NCBI RefSeq assembly: GCF_009914755.1
Contig: NC_060940.1
DNA: 64,000 nt
DNA from: the human T2T-CHM13v2.0 reference genome, Homo sapiens
Strand: one strand, 5' to 3'
Shown piece after piece: positions 30,201 to 46,600 of the stretch. How positions within the stretch are numbered: position 1 is the first letter of the stretch; each line of letters begins with the position of its first letter. The notes beneath the pieces were generated by a model, which was not told the DNA's origin, did no database searches, and saw only the letters and a program-made list of their open reading frames with translations. The translations under genes were made by a program, and so were the position numbers.

Positions 30201-33200
30201 CGATGATGATTCCGTACGATTCCATTCTGTGATGATTCCATGTGATTGCATTCAATGATGATTCCTTTCGATTGCATTCGATTATGATTCATTTCGTGTT
30301 CATTCTATGGTTCCACAGGTTTCCATTCGATGATGTTTCCATTCGTGTCCATTCCATTATTCCATTCTATTCCATTTGAAGATGATTCCATTCGATTCCA
30401 TTCATTGGTGATTCCACTCAATTCCATTCAATGATTCCATTCCATTTCTTTCAACAATGATTCCATTAGTTTCTATTCGATGATCCACTTGATTCCATTT
30501 GACGATGATTCCATTCGTGTCCATTCGATGATTCCATTTGATTCCATATGATGATGATTCCATTCGATTCCATACGATGATGATTCCATTCGAGTCCATT
30601 CAATGGTGATTCCATTCAATTCCATTCGATGATTCCTTTCGATTCCATTCAATGATGATGGCATTCGATTCCTTTCGATCATTCCCTTTGATTCCATTCA
30701 AAGGTGATTTCATTCAAGTCCATTCGATAATTGCATTCGATTCCATTCTATGATGATTCCATTCGAGTCCATTTGATGATTCCATTCAATTCAAGTCAAT
30801 GATGATTCCATTCGATTCCACTCGATGATTCCATTGGATTCCATTCGATGATGATTCCATTCAAATCCATTCGATAATTCAATTCAAGTCCATTCGATGA
30901 TGATTCCAATCGAATCCATTCAAAGATTCCACTCAATTCCATTCGATGATGATTCCCTTAGATTCCATTCGATGATTCCACTTGATTCCATTTACGATGA
31001 TTCCATTCGATTCCATGTGATGATTCCATTCAATTCTATTCAATGATGTTTCCACTTGATTCCATTCGAACATGATTGCCTTTGATTCCATTCAATGATT
31101 CCATACGGTTCCATTTGATGATGATTCCATTCGAGTCCATTCGATGATTCCATTAGAGTACATTTAATGATTGCTTTGTTTTCAATTCGAAGATGATTAC
31201 ATTGGATTCCATTCTATGATACCATTCGATTCCATTCAAAGATGATTCCACTCAAATCCATTGGATGATTCCATTCGTGTCCATTCGGTGATTTCATTAG
31301 ATTCCATTCGAGGATGATTCCATTCGATTCCATTCGATGATTCCATTCAATTCCATTCGATGATGATTCCATTCCAGTCCATATGATCATTCCATTTGAT
31401 TTCATTCGATGATGATTCCATTCGATTCCATTCGATGATTCCATTCAATTCCATTCTCCGATGATTTCTTTTGAGCCCATTCAATGCTTCCACTCGATTC
31501 CATATGATGATGACTCCATTTGATGAAATTCCATGATGATTCCATTCGCTTGCATTCGATGATGATTCCACTTGAGTCCGTTAGAAGATTCTATTCAATT
31601 ACATTCCATGACGATTCTGTTCGAGTCCATTTGATGATTCCATTAGACTCCATTCGACGATGATTCCATTCGATGTTATTCGATGATGATTCCATTCAAG
31701 TCCATTCGATGTTTCCATTCGAGTTCATTCTATTATTCCATTAGATTCCATTCGATGATGATTCCATTCGATTCCATTTGATGATTGCATTCTATTTCAT
31801 TTGATGATGATTCCATTCGAGTCCATTCGATGATTCCATTCGAGTCCCTTTAATGAATCCATTGGTTTCAATTCTATGATGATTACATTGGATTCCATAC
31901 GTTGATGATTTCATTCGATTCCATTCAATGATGATTCCATTCAATTCCATTCAATGATTCCATTCAATTCCATACGATGATGATTCCATTTGATTTGATT
32001 CGACAGTGAGCCATTCGATTCAATTCCATGATGATTCTATTTGATTCAATTGGTTGACATTTCCATTCGATTCCATTCGATGATGATTCCATTTGATTCC
32101 ATTCAAAGATGATTCCATTCTAGCCCATTCAATCATTCCATTCGATTCTATTCAATGATGATTCCATTCATGTCGATTTGGTGATTCCATTTGACTTCAT
32201 TTGATGATGATTCCTTTCAAGTTCATTAGATGATTCCATTCGATTCCATTTGATGATGATCCCATTCGAGTCCATTCAGTGATTCCACTCGTTTCCATTC
32301 CATGATGATTCCATTCCATTCCATTCAATGATTCCATTCGATTCCGTTTGATGATGATTTCATTCGAGTCCATTTGATGATTCCATTTGATTCCATTCGA
32401 TGATGATTACATTCGAGTCCATACGATGATTCCACTCAATTCCATATGATGATGATTCCATTCGATTCCATTCGATGATTCCATTCTATTCTATTCAATG
32501 GTGATTCCCTTCGAGTACATTAGATGATTCCATTCGATTCCATTCAATGATGATTCTATTTGTGTCCCTTAGATGGTTCCACATGATTCCATTTCATGAT
32601 GATACTATTTGAGCCCATCCAATGATTCCCTTCGATTCCATTCGATGAGGATTCCATTCGATTCAATTCATTGGTGATTCTATTCAATTCAATTCTTTGA
32701 TTCCATTCCATTCCATTCGACAATGATTCCATTCGATTTCTTTCGATGATTCCACTCGATTCCACTTGACATTGATTCCCTTCGATTCCATTCAATGATT
32801 CCATTTGATTCCAGTGGATGATGATTGCCATCGATTCCATTCGATCACTCCATTCTATTCCATTTGATGATGATTACATTCGATTCCATTTGACGATTCC
32901 ATCTGATTCTATTCGAGGATTCCATTTGATTCCATTCGATGATGATTCCCTTCGAGTCCATTCGATGATTTCATTCGAGTACATCCAATGATTCCATTCG
33001 AGTCCATTTGATGATTCCATTTGATTCCATTTGATAATGATTCTACTAGAGTCCATTCAATGACTCCATTGGAGTCCATTCAACAATTCCATTCGACTCC
33101 ATTTGATGATTCCATTCGATTCCATTTGATGATTCCATTCGAGTCCATTTAATCATTACAGTCGAGTCCATTTGGTGATTCCACCGGATTTCCTTTGATA

Positions 33201-36200
33201 ATGATACCATTCAATTACATTTGATGATGATCCCATTCAATTTCATTTGATGGTGATTCCATTAGAGTCCATTCGATGATTTCATTCGAGTCCCTTCATT
33301 GATTCCATCTGATTTCATTGGATGATGACTCCATTCGAGTCCATTCGATGATTCCACTCGATTCCATTAGATGATTCCATTGGAGTCCATTTGATTGTTC
33401 CATTCGATTCCATTCGATTCCTTTCGAAGATTATTCCATTTGAGTCCATTCGATGATGATTCCATTCCATTCCATTCGATGATTCCGTTTGATTCCATTC
33501 GATGATTCCCTTCGATTCCTTTCTTTGATGATTCCATTCCATTCCATTCAATGATTCCATTCGAATCTATTCCATGATGATTCCTTTCGATTCCATTCGC
33601 TGATGTTTCCGTTCAATTCCATTCGATGATGATTCCATTCGATTCCATTCATTGAGGATTCCATTTGATTCCATTCAATGATGATTCCGTTCTATTCCAT
33701 TCAATGATTGCATTCAATTCCATTCAATGATTATCCCCTTAGAGTAAACTCAACGATTCCATTCAATACCATTCGATGATGATTCCTTTTGAGTCCATTC
33801 AATGATTTCATTCAAGTCCACTTGATGATTCCTTTCAATTCCATTCTATGATGATTCCATTCGAGTCCATTCGATGATTCCATTCGATTGCATTCGATGA
33901 TTCCATTATATTCCAGTCAACGATGATTCCATTCGAGTCCATTCGATGATTCCATTAGAGTACATTTAATGATTGCTTTGTTTTCAATTCGAAGATGATT
34001 ACATTGGATTCCATTCTATGATACCATTCGATTCCATTCAATGATGATTCCACTCAAATCCATTGGATGATTCCATTCGTGTCCATTCGGTGATTTCATT
34101 AGATTCCATTCGAGGATGATTCCATTCGATTCCATTCGATGATTCCATTCAATTCCATTCGATTATGATTCCATTCCAGTCCATATGATCATTCCATTTG
34201 ATTTCATTCGATGATGATTCCATTCGATTCCATTCGATGATTCCATTCTATTCCATTCGATGATGATTCCATTCGAGTCCATTCGATGATTCCATTCGAG
34301 TCCATTTAATGATTCCATTGGGTTCAATTCAATGATGATTACATTGGATTCCGTTCTATGATTCCATTCAATTCCGTTCATTGACAATTTGATTCCATTC
34401 GATGATGATTCCATTTGAGTTCATTCGATGATTCTATTCGATTCTCTTCGATGGTGATTCAATTCTATTATATTGGATGATTCCATTCGATTCCATTTGA
34501 TGTTGATTCAATTCGATTCTATTCGATGATGATTCCATTGGATTTCACTTGATGATTCTATTCGATTCCATTCAATGATGATTCACTTCTCGTCCATTGG
34601 ATGATTCCATTTCATTCCATTCGATGATGATTCCATTCGATTCCATTCGATGATTCCATTTGATTCCATGTGACGGTGAGCAATTCGATTCAATTCCATG
34701 ATGATTCTATTTGATTCAATTAGATGATGTTTCCATTCGAATCCATTCCATGATTATTCCATTGGAATCCATTTGGCGATGATTCCATATGAGTCAATTC
34801 AATGATGATTCCATATGGGTCCGTTCGATGATAATTCCATTTGATTTCATTCAATGCTTCTATTCTATTCCAGTCGATGATGATTCCGTTGGAGTCCATA
34901 CGATGATTCCATTTGATTTCATTTGATGATGATTCCATTCGATGATGATTACATTGGATTCCATTCTATGATTCCATTCAATTCCATTCGTTGATGATTC
35001 GATTCCATTCAATGATGATTCCATTTGAGTTCATTCGATGATTCTATTCGATTCCGTTCGATGGTGATTCAATTCTATTATATTGGATGATTCCACTCTA
35101 TTCCATTTGATGATTATTCCATTGGAGTCCACTTAGTGAATCCTTTAGATTCTACTCGACGATGATTCCATTCGAGTCCATTCGATGATACCATTCAATT
35201 TCATTCGTTGATGCTTCCATTCAAGTGCATTCGATGATATCATTCGATTCCATTTGATGATAATTCCATTTGATTCCATGCGATGATTCTATTCGATTCC
35301 ATTCAATGATAATTCCATTCAATTCAGTGATTCCTCTGGACTCCATTTGATGATGATTCCATTCAATGATTCCATTCGATTCTATTCCAAAATGATTCCA
35401 TTTGAATCCATTTGATGATGATTCCATTAGATTCCATTTGATGATTCCATTCGATTGCCTTTGACGATGATTCCATTCGATTCCATTTGATGATTCCATT
35501 CTATTCTATTCGATGATGATTCCATTCGATTCCATTTGATGATGATTGGATTCGATTCCATTTGATGATTTCATTTGATTCCATTCTTTAATGATTTCGA
35601 TCAATTCCATTCGATGATTCCATTTGATTCCATTCGATAATGATTACATCCGAGTCCATTCGATCATTCCATTTGAGCCCGTTCGATAATTCCATTTGAG
35701 TCCAATCAATGATTCCATTCATTTCCATTCAATGATTCCATTCGAGTCCATTTGATCATTCTGGTAGGGTCCGTTCGATGTTGATTCCATTGGAGTGCAT
35801 TCGATAATTCCATTCGAGTCCATTTTATGATTTGATTCGAGTCCTTTCGATGATTCCATTCGATTCCACTCGATGATGATTTCATTCGAGTCCATTCGAC
35901 ACTTCCAATCGATTCCATTTGATGTTTCCATTCGAGTCCAATTGATGATTCCATTCAATTCCATTCGATGATGATTCCGTACGATTCCATTCTGTGATGA
36001 TTCCATGTGATTGCATTCAATGATGATTCCTTTCGATTGCATTCGATTATGATTCATTTCGTGTTCATTCTATGGTTCCACAGGTTTCCATTCGATGACG
36101 TTTCCGTTCGTGTCCATTCCATTATTCCATTCTATTTCATTTGATGATGATTCCATTCGATTCCATTCATTGGTGATTCCACTCAATTCCATTCAATGAT

Positions 36201-39200
36201 TCCATTCCATTTCTTTCAACAATGATTCCATTAGTTTCTATTCGACGATCCACTTGATTCCATTTGGCGATGATTCCATTCGTGTCCATTCGATGATTCC
36301 ATTTGATTCCATATGATGATGATTCCATTCGATTCCATACCATGATGATTCCATTCGAGTCCATTCAATGGTGATTCCATTCAATTCCATTCGATGATTC
36401 CTTCCGATTCCATTCGATGATGATAGCATTCGATTCCTTTCAATCATTCCCTTTGATTCCATTCAAAGGTGATTTCATTCAAGTCCATTCGATAATTGCA
36501 TTCGATTCCATTCTATGATGATTCCATTCGAGTCCATTTGATGATTCCATTCAATTCAAGTCAATGATGATTCCATTCAATTCCACTCGATGATTCCAGT
36601 GGATTCCATTCGATGATGATTCCATTCAAATCCATTCGATAATTCAATTCAAGTCCATTCGATGATGATTCCAATCGAATCCATTCAAAGATTCCATTCA
36701 ATTCCATTCGATGATGATTCCCTTAGATTCCATTCGATGATTCCACTTGATTCCATTTACGATGATTCCATTCGATTCCATGTGATGAATCCATTCAATT
36801 CTATTCAATGATGTTTCCATTTGATTCCATTGGACCATGATTGCCTTTGATTCCATTCAATGATTCCATTCGGTTCCATTTGATGATGATTTCGTTCGAT
36901 TCCATTTCATTATTCCATTTGATTCCATTGGATGAGTCCATTCGATTACATTCGATGATTATTCCATTCGAGTGCATTAGATGATTGCATTCGAGTCCAT
37001 TCGATGATTCCATTCGATTCCATTCGATGTTGATTCTGTTCAAATCCATTCGATGATTCCACTCGATTCCAATCGATGACTCCATTTGATCCCATTCGAT
37101 GATTTCCTGTGATTCCCTTTGATGATCATTCTATTTGATTCAATTCGGTGATTTCATTTCATTCCATTCAGTGATGTTTCCATTCGACTGTATTCGATGA
37201 TGATTCCATTCGACTCCATTCGATTATGATTTCATTCAATTCCATTCAATAATGATTCCCTTCGAGTCCATTCGATGATTCCATTCGATTCCATTCAACG
37301 ATGATTTGATTCGTTTCCATTCGATGATTCCATTTGATTCCACTTGATGATGATTCCATTCGAGTCCATTTGATGATTCCATTCGAGTCTATTTATGTAT
37401 TATATTCGTGTCCACTTCATGATTCCATTCAATTCCATTTAATGTTGATTCCATTTGATTCCATTTGATGATTCAGTTCGATTCCTTGCAATGATTCCCT
37501 ACGATTCCTTTCTCTGATGATTCCATTCGATTCCATTCATTGATGATTTCATTCGACTCCATTCGATGATGATTCCTTTCGATTCCATTTGACGATGTTT
37601 CCATTCGAGTCCATTCGATGATGATTCTATTCAATTCTGTTCTATTATGATTCCATTCGATTTCATTCAATGCTTCTATTTGATTCCATTCGATGATGAT
37701 TCCATCTCTTTCCCTTCGATGATTCCATTTGATTCCATTCAGTGATGATTCCATTTGATTCCATCTGATGATGATTTCACTTGATTCCTTTCAATGATGA
37801 TTCAATTCAAGTCCATTCGATGATTCCATTGGAGTCCAAACGATCATTCCGTTCGATTCCATTCAATGGTGATTCCATTCATGTCCATTCGATGAATCCA
37901 TTCAATTCCATTCGATGATGACTCCATTCGAGTACATTCGATGATTCCATTTGATTCCATTTGAAGATGATTCCATTCAATTCCATTCGAAGATGATTCC
38001 ATTCAATTCCATTCGATGATGATTCCGTATGAATCCATTCTCTGATTATTCCATTCGATTCCATTCATTGACGATTCCATTCAATTCCATTCAATGATGA
38101 TTCTCTTCTATTCCATTCGATGATTCCGGTCGATTCCATTCGATGATGATTCCATTAGATTCCATTCGATTGTTGCATTCGATTCCCTTCGATGATGATT
38201 CCTTTGAATTCCATTCGATTATCATTCCGTATGAATCCATTTGATGATTATTCCATTGGATTCCTTTCGATGATGATTCCATTCGATTCCATTTGATGAT
38301 GTTTCTCTTGTATTCCATTGGATAATTCCTTTCCGTTCCCTTCGATGATTATTCTTTCGAGTCAATTCGATGATTCTATTCCATTCCCTTCGATGATGAT
38401 TCCATTTCACTCCATTTGATGATTCCATTCGACTCAATTTGGTGATGATTCAATTCGATGACATTCGATGACTCCATTCAATTTCATTTGATGATGATTA
38501 CATTCGAGTCCATTTGATGATTGTATTCCTTTCCTTTTGATGATTATTCCATTCGTGTCTATTCAAAGGTTCCATTCTATTCCATTCAATGATGATTGCA
38601 TTTGATTCCATTCAATGATTATGGCTATCGATTCCACTCGTTGATTCCATTTGATTCCGTTCGATGATTATTCCGTTAGATTCCATTAGAAGATTCCATT
38701 CGATTTTATTCAATGATTCCAATGGATTCCATTCAATGATGATTCCATTCGACTCCATTCAGTGATTCCATTCGAGTCCATTTGATGATTCCATTCTTTT
38801 CCATTTGATGATGATTCCATTAGGGTCCATTCAATGATTCCATTCGAGTCCATTCGTTAATGCCTTTCGAGTCCTTTTGATCACTACATTCGAGTCCATT
38901 CAATGATTCTATTCGATTCCATTCCATGATGATTCCATTCGAGTTCATTCGATGATTGCATTCGAGTCCATTTGATGATTCCATATGATTCCATTCGACA
39001 ATGATTCCATTCGTGTCCATTTGATGATTCCATTCATTTCCTATCGATGAAGATTCCATTCAAGTGTATTCGATGATTCCATTCAAATCCATTCGATGAT
39101 GATTCCATTCCAGTCCATTCGATCATTCCACTTGATTCCATTTGATGACTATTCCATTCAAATCCATTTGATGATTCCATTCGATTCCATTCGATGTTAC

Positions 39201-42200
39201 CATTCGAGTATATACGATGATTCCACTCGATTCCATTTGATGATTATTCCATTGGAGTCCACTTAGTGAATCCTTTAGATTCTACTGGAAGATGATTCCA
39301 TTCGAGTCCATTCGATGATACCATTCAATTCCATTCGTTGATGCTTCCATTCAAGTGCATTCGATGATATCATTCGATTCCATTTGATGATAATTCCATT
39401 TGATTCCATGCGATGATTCTATTCGATTCCATTCAATGATAATTCCATTCAATTCAGTGATTCCTCTGGACTCCATTTGATGATGATTCCATTCAATGAT
39501 TCCATTCGATTATATTCGAAAATGATTCCATTTGAATCCATTTGATGATGATTCCATTGGATTCAATTTGATGATTCCATTCGATTCCATTCGATGATGA
39601 TTCCATTCGATTCCTTTTGATGAATCCATTCTATTGTATTCGATGATGATTCCATTCGATTCCATTCGATGATGATTGGATTCGATTCCATTTGATGATT
39701 TCATTTGATTCCATTCGATAATGATTTCGATCAATTCCATTCGATGATTCCATTCGATTCCATTCGATAATGATTACATCCGAGTCCATTCGATGATTCC
39801 ATTTGAGCCCGTTCGATAATTCCATTTGAGTCCAATCAATGATTCCATTCATTTCCATTCAATGATTCCATTCGAGTCCATTTGATCATTCCGGTAGGGT
39901 CCGTTCGATGTTGATTCCATTGGAGTGCATTCGATGATTCCATTCGAGTCCATTTTAGGATTTGATTCGAGTCCTTTCGATGATTCCATTCGATTCCACT
40001 CGATGATTTCATTCGAGTCCATTCGACACTTCCAATCGATTCCATTTGATGTTTCCATTCGATTCCAATTGATGATTCCATTCAATTCCATTCGATGATG
40101 ATTCCGTACGATTCCATTCTGTGATGATTCCATGTGATTGCATTCAATGATGATTCCTTTCGATTGCATTCGATTATGATTCATTTCGTGTTCATTCTAT
40201 GGTTCCACAGGTTTCCATTCGATGATGTTTCCATTCGTGTCCATTCCATTATTCCATTCTATTCCATTTGGAGACGATTCCATTCGATTCCATTCATTGG
40301 TGATTCCACTCAATTCCATTCAATGATTCCATTCCATTTCTTTCAACAATGATTCCATTAGTTTCTATTCGATGATCCACTTGATTCCATTTGACGATGA
40401 TTCCATTCGTGTCCATTCGATGATTCCACTTGATTCCATATGATGATGATTCCATTCGATTCCATACGATGATGATTCCATTCGAGTCCATTCAATGGTG
40501 ATTCCATTCAATTCCATTCGATGATTCCTTTCGATTCCATTCAATGATGATGGCATTCGATTCCTTTCGATCATTCCCTTTGATTCCATTCAAAGGTGAT
40601 TTCATTCAAGTCCATTCGATAATTGCATTCGATTCCATTCTATGATGATTCCATTCGAGTCCATTTGATGATTCCATTCAATTCAAGTCAATGATGATTC
40701 CATTCGATTCCACTCGATGATTCCATTGGATTCCATTCGATGATGATTCCATTCAAATCCATCGATAATTCAATTCAAGTCCATTCGATGATGATTCCAA
40801 TCGAATCCATTCAAAGATTCCACTCAATTCCATTCGATGATGATTCCCTTAGATTCCATTTGATGATTCCACTTGATTCCATTTACGATGATTCCATTCG
40901 ATTCCATGTGATGATTCCATTCAATTCTATTCAATGATGTTTCCACTTGATTCCATTCGAACATGATTGCCTTTGATTCCATTCAATGATTCCATACGGT
41001 TCCATTTGATGATGATTCCATTCGAGTGCATTAGATGATTCCATTCGAGTCCATTCGATGATTCCATTCGATTCCATTCGATGTTGATTCTGTTCAAATC
41101 CATTCGATGATTCCACTCGATTCCATTCGATGACTCCATTTGATCCCATTCGATGATTTCCTTTGATTCCCTTTGATGATCATTCCATTTGATTCAATTC
41201 GGTGATTTCATTTGATTCCATTCAGTGATGTTTCCATTCGACTCCATTCGATGATGATTCCATTCGACTCCATTCGATTATGATTTCATTCAATTCCATT
41301 CGATAATGATTCCCTTCGAGTCCATTCGATGATTCCATTCGATTCCATTCAACGATGATTTGATTCGTGTCCATTCGATGATTCCGTTTGATTCCATTTG
41401 ATGATGATTCCATTCGAGTCCCTTTGATGATTCCATTCAATTCCATTCTCCGATGATTTCTTTTGAGCCCATTCAATGCTTCCACTCGATTCCATATGAT
41501 GATGACTCCATTTGATGAAATTCCATGATGATTCCATTCGCTTGCATTCGATGATGATTCCACTTGAGTCCGTTAGAAGATTCTATTCAATTACATTCCA
41601 TGACGATTCTGTTCGAGTCCATTTGATGATTCCATTAGACTCCATTCGACGATGATTCCATTCGATGTTATTCGATGATGATTCCATTCAACTCCATTCG
41701 ATGTTTCCATTCGAGTTCATTCTATTATTCCATTAGATTCCATTCGATGATGATTCCATTCGATTCCATTTGATGATTGCATTCTATTTCATTTGATGAT
41801 GATTCCATTCGAGTCCATTCGATGATTCCATTCGAGTCCATTTAATGAATCCATTGGTTTCAATTCTATGATGATTACATTGGATTCCATTCGTTGATGA
41901 TTTCATTCGATTCCATTCAATGATGATTCCATTCAATTCCATTCAATGATTCCATTCAATTCCATACGATGATGATTCCATTTGATTTGATTCGACAGTG
42001 AGCCATTCGATTCAATTCCATGATGATTCTATTTGATTCAATTGGTTGACATTTCCATTCGATTCCATTCGATGATGATTCCATTTGATTCCATTCAAAG
42101 ATGATTCCATTCTAGCCCATTCAATCATTCCATTCGATTCTATTCAATGATGATTCCATTCATGTCGATTTGGTGATTCCATTTGACTTCATTTGATGAT

Positions 42201-45200
42201 GATTCCTTTCAAGTTCATTAGATGATTCCATTCGATTCCATTTGATGATGATCCCATTCGAGTCCATTCAGTGATTCCACTCGTTTCCATTCCATGATGA
42301 TTCCATTCCATTCCATTCAATGATTCCATTCGATTCCGTTTGATGATGATTTCATTCGAGTCCATTTGATGATTCCATTTGATTCCATTCGATGATGATT
42401 ACATTCGAGTCCATACGATGATTCCACTCAATTCCATATGATGATGATTCCATTCGATTCCATTCGATGATTCCATTCTATTCTATTCAATGGTGATTCC
42501 ATTCGAGTACATTAGATGATTCCATTCGATTCCATTCAATGATGATTCTATTTGTGTCCCTTAGATGGTTCCACATGATTCCATTTCATGATGATACTAT
42601 TTGAGCCCATCCAATGATTCCCTTCGATTCCATTCGATGAGGATTCCATTCGATTCAATTCATTGGTGATTCTATTCAATCCAATTCTTTGATTCCATTC
42701 CATTCCATTCGACAATGATTCCATTCGATTTCTTTCGATGATTCCACTCGATTCCACTTGACATTGATTCCATTCGATTCCATTCAATGATTCCGTTTGA
42801 TTCCAGTGGATGATGATTGCCATCGATTCCATTCGATCACTCCATTCTATTCCATTTGATGATGATTACATTCGATTCCATTTGATGATTCCATCTGATT
42901 CTATTCGAGGATTCCATTTGATTCCATTCGATGATGATTCCATTCGAGTGCATTCGATGATTTCATTCGAGTACATCCAATGATTCCATTCGAGTCCATT
43001 TGATTTTTCCATTTAATTACATTTGATTATGATTCTACTAGAGTCCATTCAATGACTCAATTCGAATCCATTCAACAATTCCATTCGAGGCCATTCGATG
43101 ATTCCATTTCATGATTCCATTCGACTCCATTTAATCATTACAGTCGAGTCCATTTGGTGATTCCACTGGATTTCTTTTGATAATGATACCATTCAATTAC
43201 ATTTGATGATGATCCCATTCAATTTCATTTGATGGTGATTCCATTAGAGTCCATTCGATGATTTCATTCGAGTCCCTTCATTGATTCCATCCGATTTCAT
43301 TTGATGATGACTCCATTCGAGTCCATTCGATGATTCCACTCGATTCCATTAGATGATTCCATTGGAGTCCATTTGATTGTTCCATTCGATTCTATTCGAT
43401 TCCTTTCGAAGATTATTCCATTTGAGTCCATTCGATGATGATTCCATTCCATTCCATTCGATGATTCCGTTTGATTCCATTCGATGATTCCCTTCGATTC
43501 CTTTCTTTGATGATTCCATTCCATTCCATTCAATGATTCCATTCGAATCTATTCCATGATGATTCCTTTCGATTCCATTCGCTGATGTTTCCGTTCAATT
43601 CCATTCGATGATGATTCCATTCGATTCCATTCATTGAGGATTCCATTTGATTCCATTCAATGATGATTCCATTCTATTCCATTCAATGATTCCATTCAAT
43701 TCCATTCAATGATTATCCCCTTAGAGTAAACTCAACGATTCCATTCAATACCATTCGATGATGATTCCTTTTGAGTCCATTCAATGATTTCATTCAAGTC
43801 CATTTGATGATTCCTTTCAATTCCATTCTATGATGATTCCATTCGAGTCCATTCGATGATTCCATTCGATTGCATTCGATGATTCCATTATATTCCATTC
43901 AACGGTGATTCCATTCGAGTCCATTCCATGATTCCATTAGAGTACATTTAATGATTGCTTTGTTTTCAATTCGAAGATGATTACATTGGATTCCATTCTA
44001 TGATACCATTCGATTCCATTCAATGATGATTCCACTCAAATCCATTGGATGATTCCATTCGTGTCCATTCGGTGATTTCATTAGATTCCATTCGAGGATG
44101 ATTCCATTCGATTCCATTCGATGATTCCATTCAATTCCATTCGATGATGATTCCATTCCAGTCCATATGATCATTCCATTTGATTTCATTCGATGATGAT
44201 TCCATTCGATTCGATTCGACGATTCCATTCTATTCCATTCGATGATGATTCCATTCGAGTCCATTCGATGATTCCATTCGAGTCCATTTAATGATTCCAT
44301 TGGGTTCAATTCAATGATGATTACATTGGATTCCGTTCTATGATTCCATTCAATTCCGTTCATTGACAATTTGATTCCATTCGATGATGATTCCATTTGA
44401 GTTCATTCGATGATTCTATTTGATTCTCTTCGATGGTGATTCAATTCTATTATATTGGATGATTCCATTCGATTCCATTTGATGTTGATTCAATTCGATT
44501 CTATTCGATGGTGATTCCATTGGATTTCACTTCATGATTCTGTTCGATTCCATTCAATGATGATTCACTTCTCGTCCATTGGATGATTCCATTTCATTCC
44601 ATTCGATGATGATTCCATTCGATTCCATTCGATGATTCCATTTGATTCCATGCGTCGGTGAGCAATTCGATTCAATTCCATGATGATTCTATTTGATTCA
44701 ATTAGATGATGTTTCCATTCGAATCCATTCCATGATTATTCCATTGGAATCCATTCGGCGATGATTCCATATGAGTCAATTCAATGATGATTCCATATGG
44801 GTCCGTTCGATGATAATTCCATTTGATTTCATTCGGTGCTTCTATTCAATTCCAGTCGATGATGATTCCGTTGGAGTCCATACGATGATTCCATTTGATT
44901 TCATTTGATGATGATTCCATTCGATGATGATTACATTGGATTCCATTCTATGATTCCATTCAATTCCATTCGTTGATGATTCGATTCCATTCAATGATGA
45001 TTCCATTTGAGTTCATTCGATGATTCTATTCGATTCCGTTCGATGGTGATTCAATTCTCTTATATTGGATGAATCCACTCGATTCCATTTGATGATTATT
45101 CCATTGGAGTCCACTTAGTGAATCCTTCAGATTCTACTCGAAGATGATTCCATTCAAGTCCATTCGATGATACCATTCAATTCCATTCGTTGATGCTTCC

Positions 45201-46600
45201 ATTCAAGTGCATTCGATGATATCATTCGATTCCATTTGATGATAATTCCATGTCATTCCATGCGATGATTCTATTCGATTCCATTCAATGATAATTCCAT
45301 TCAGTTCAGTGATTCCTCTGGACTCCATTTGATGATGATTCCATTCAATGATTCCATTCGATTCTATTCGAAAATGATTCCATTTGAATCCATTTGATGA
45401 TGATTCCATTAGATTCCATTTGATGATTCCATTCGATTCCATGCGACGATGATTCCATTCGATTCCATTTGATGATTCCATTCTATTGTATTCGATGATG
45501 ATTCCATTCGATTCCATTCGATGATGATTGGATTTGATTCCATTTGATGATTTCATTTGATTCCATTCGTTAATGATTTCGATCAATTCCATTCGATGAT
45601 TCCATTCGATTCCATTCGATAATGATTACATCCGTGTCCATTCAATGATTTCATTTGAGCCTGTTCGATAATTCCATTTGAGTCCAACCAATGATTCCAT
45701 TCATTTCCATTCAATGATTCCATTCGAGTCCATTTGATCATTCCGGTAGGGTCCATTCGATGTTGATTCCATTGGAGTGCATTCGATGATTCCATTCGAG
45801 TCCATTTTATGATTTGATTCGAGTCCTTTCGATGATTCCATTCGATTCCACTCGATGATGATTTCATTCGAGTCCATTCGACACTTCCAATCGATTCCAT
45901 TTGATGTTTCCATTCGAGTCCAATTGATGATTCCATTCAATTCCATTCGATGATGATTCCGTACGATTCCATTCTGTGATGATTCCATGTGATTGCATTC
46001 AATGATGATTCCTTTAGATTGCATTCGATTGTGATTCATTTCGTCTTCATTCTATGGTTCCACAGGTTTCCATTCGTGTCCATTCCATTATTCCATTCTA
46101 TTCCATTTGATGATGATTCCATTCGATTCCATTCATTGGTGATTCCACTCAATTCCATTCAATGATTCCATTCCATTTCTTTCAACAATGATTCCATTAG
46201 TTTCTAATCGATGATCCACTTGATTCCATTTGACGACGATTCTATTCTTGTCCATTCGATGATTCCATTTGATTCCATATCATGTTGATTCCATTCGATT
46301 CCATACGATGATGATTCCATTCGAGTCCATTCCATGGTGATTCCATTCAATTCCATTCGATGATTCCTTTCGATTCCATTCGATGATGATGGCATTCGAT
46401 TCCTTTCAATCATTCCCTTTGATTCCATTCAAAGGTGATTTCATTCAAGTCCATTCGATAATTGCATTCGATTCCATTCTATGATGATTCCATTCGAGTC
46501 CATTTGATGATTCCATTCAATTCAAGTCAATGATGATTCCATTCGATTCCATTCGATGATTCCATTCAATTCCATTCGATGATGATTCCATTCAAATCCA
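21290..46600 (+). repeat. ~9.9-10.0-kb higher-order unit, ~2.5 tandem copies
   Basis: Marker ORF offsets: 23005->32874 (9869); 24828->34720, 25329->35221, 27581->37473 and 30473->40365 (9892); 32556->42548 (9992); 33315->43297 and 35221->45203 (9982). Confidence 0.9.
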
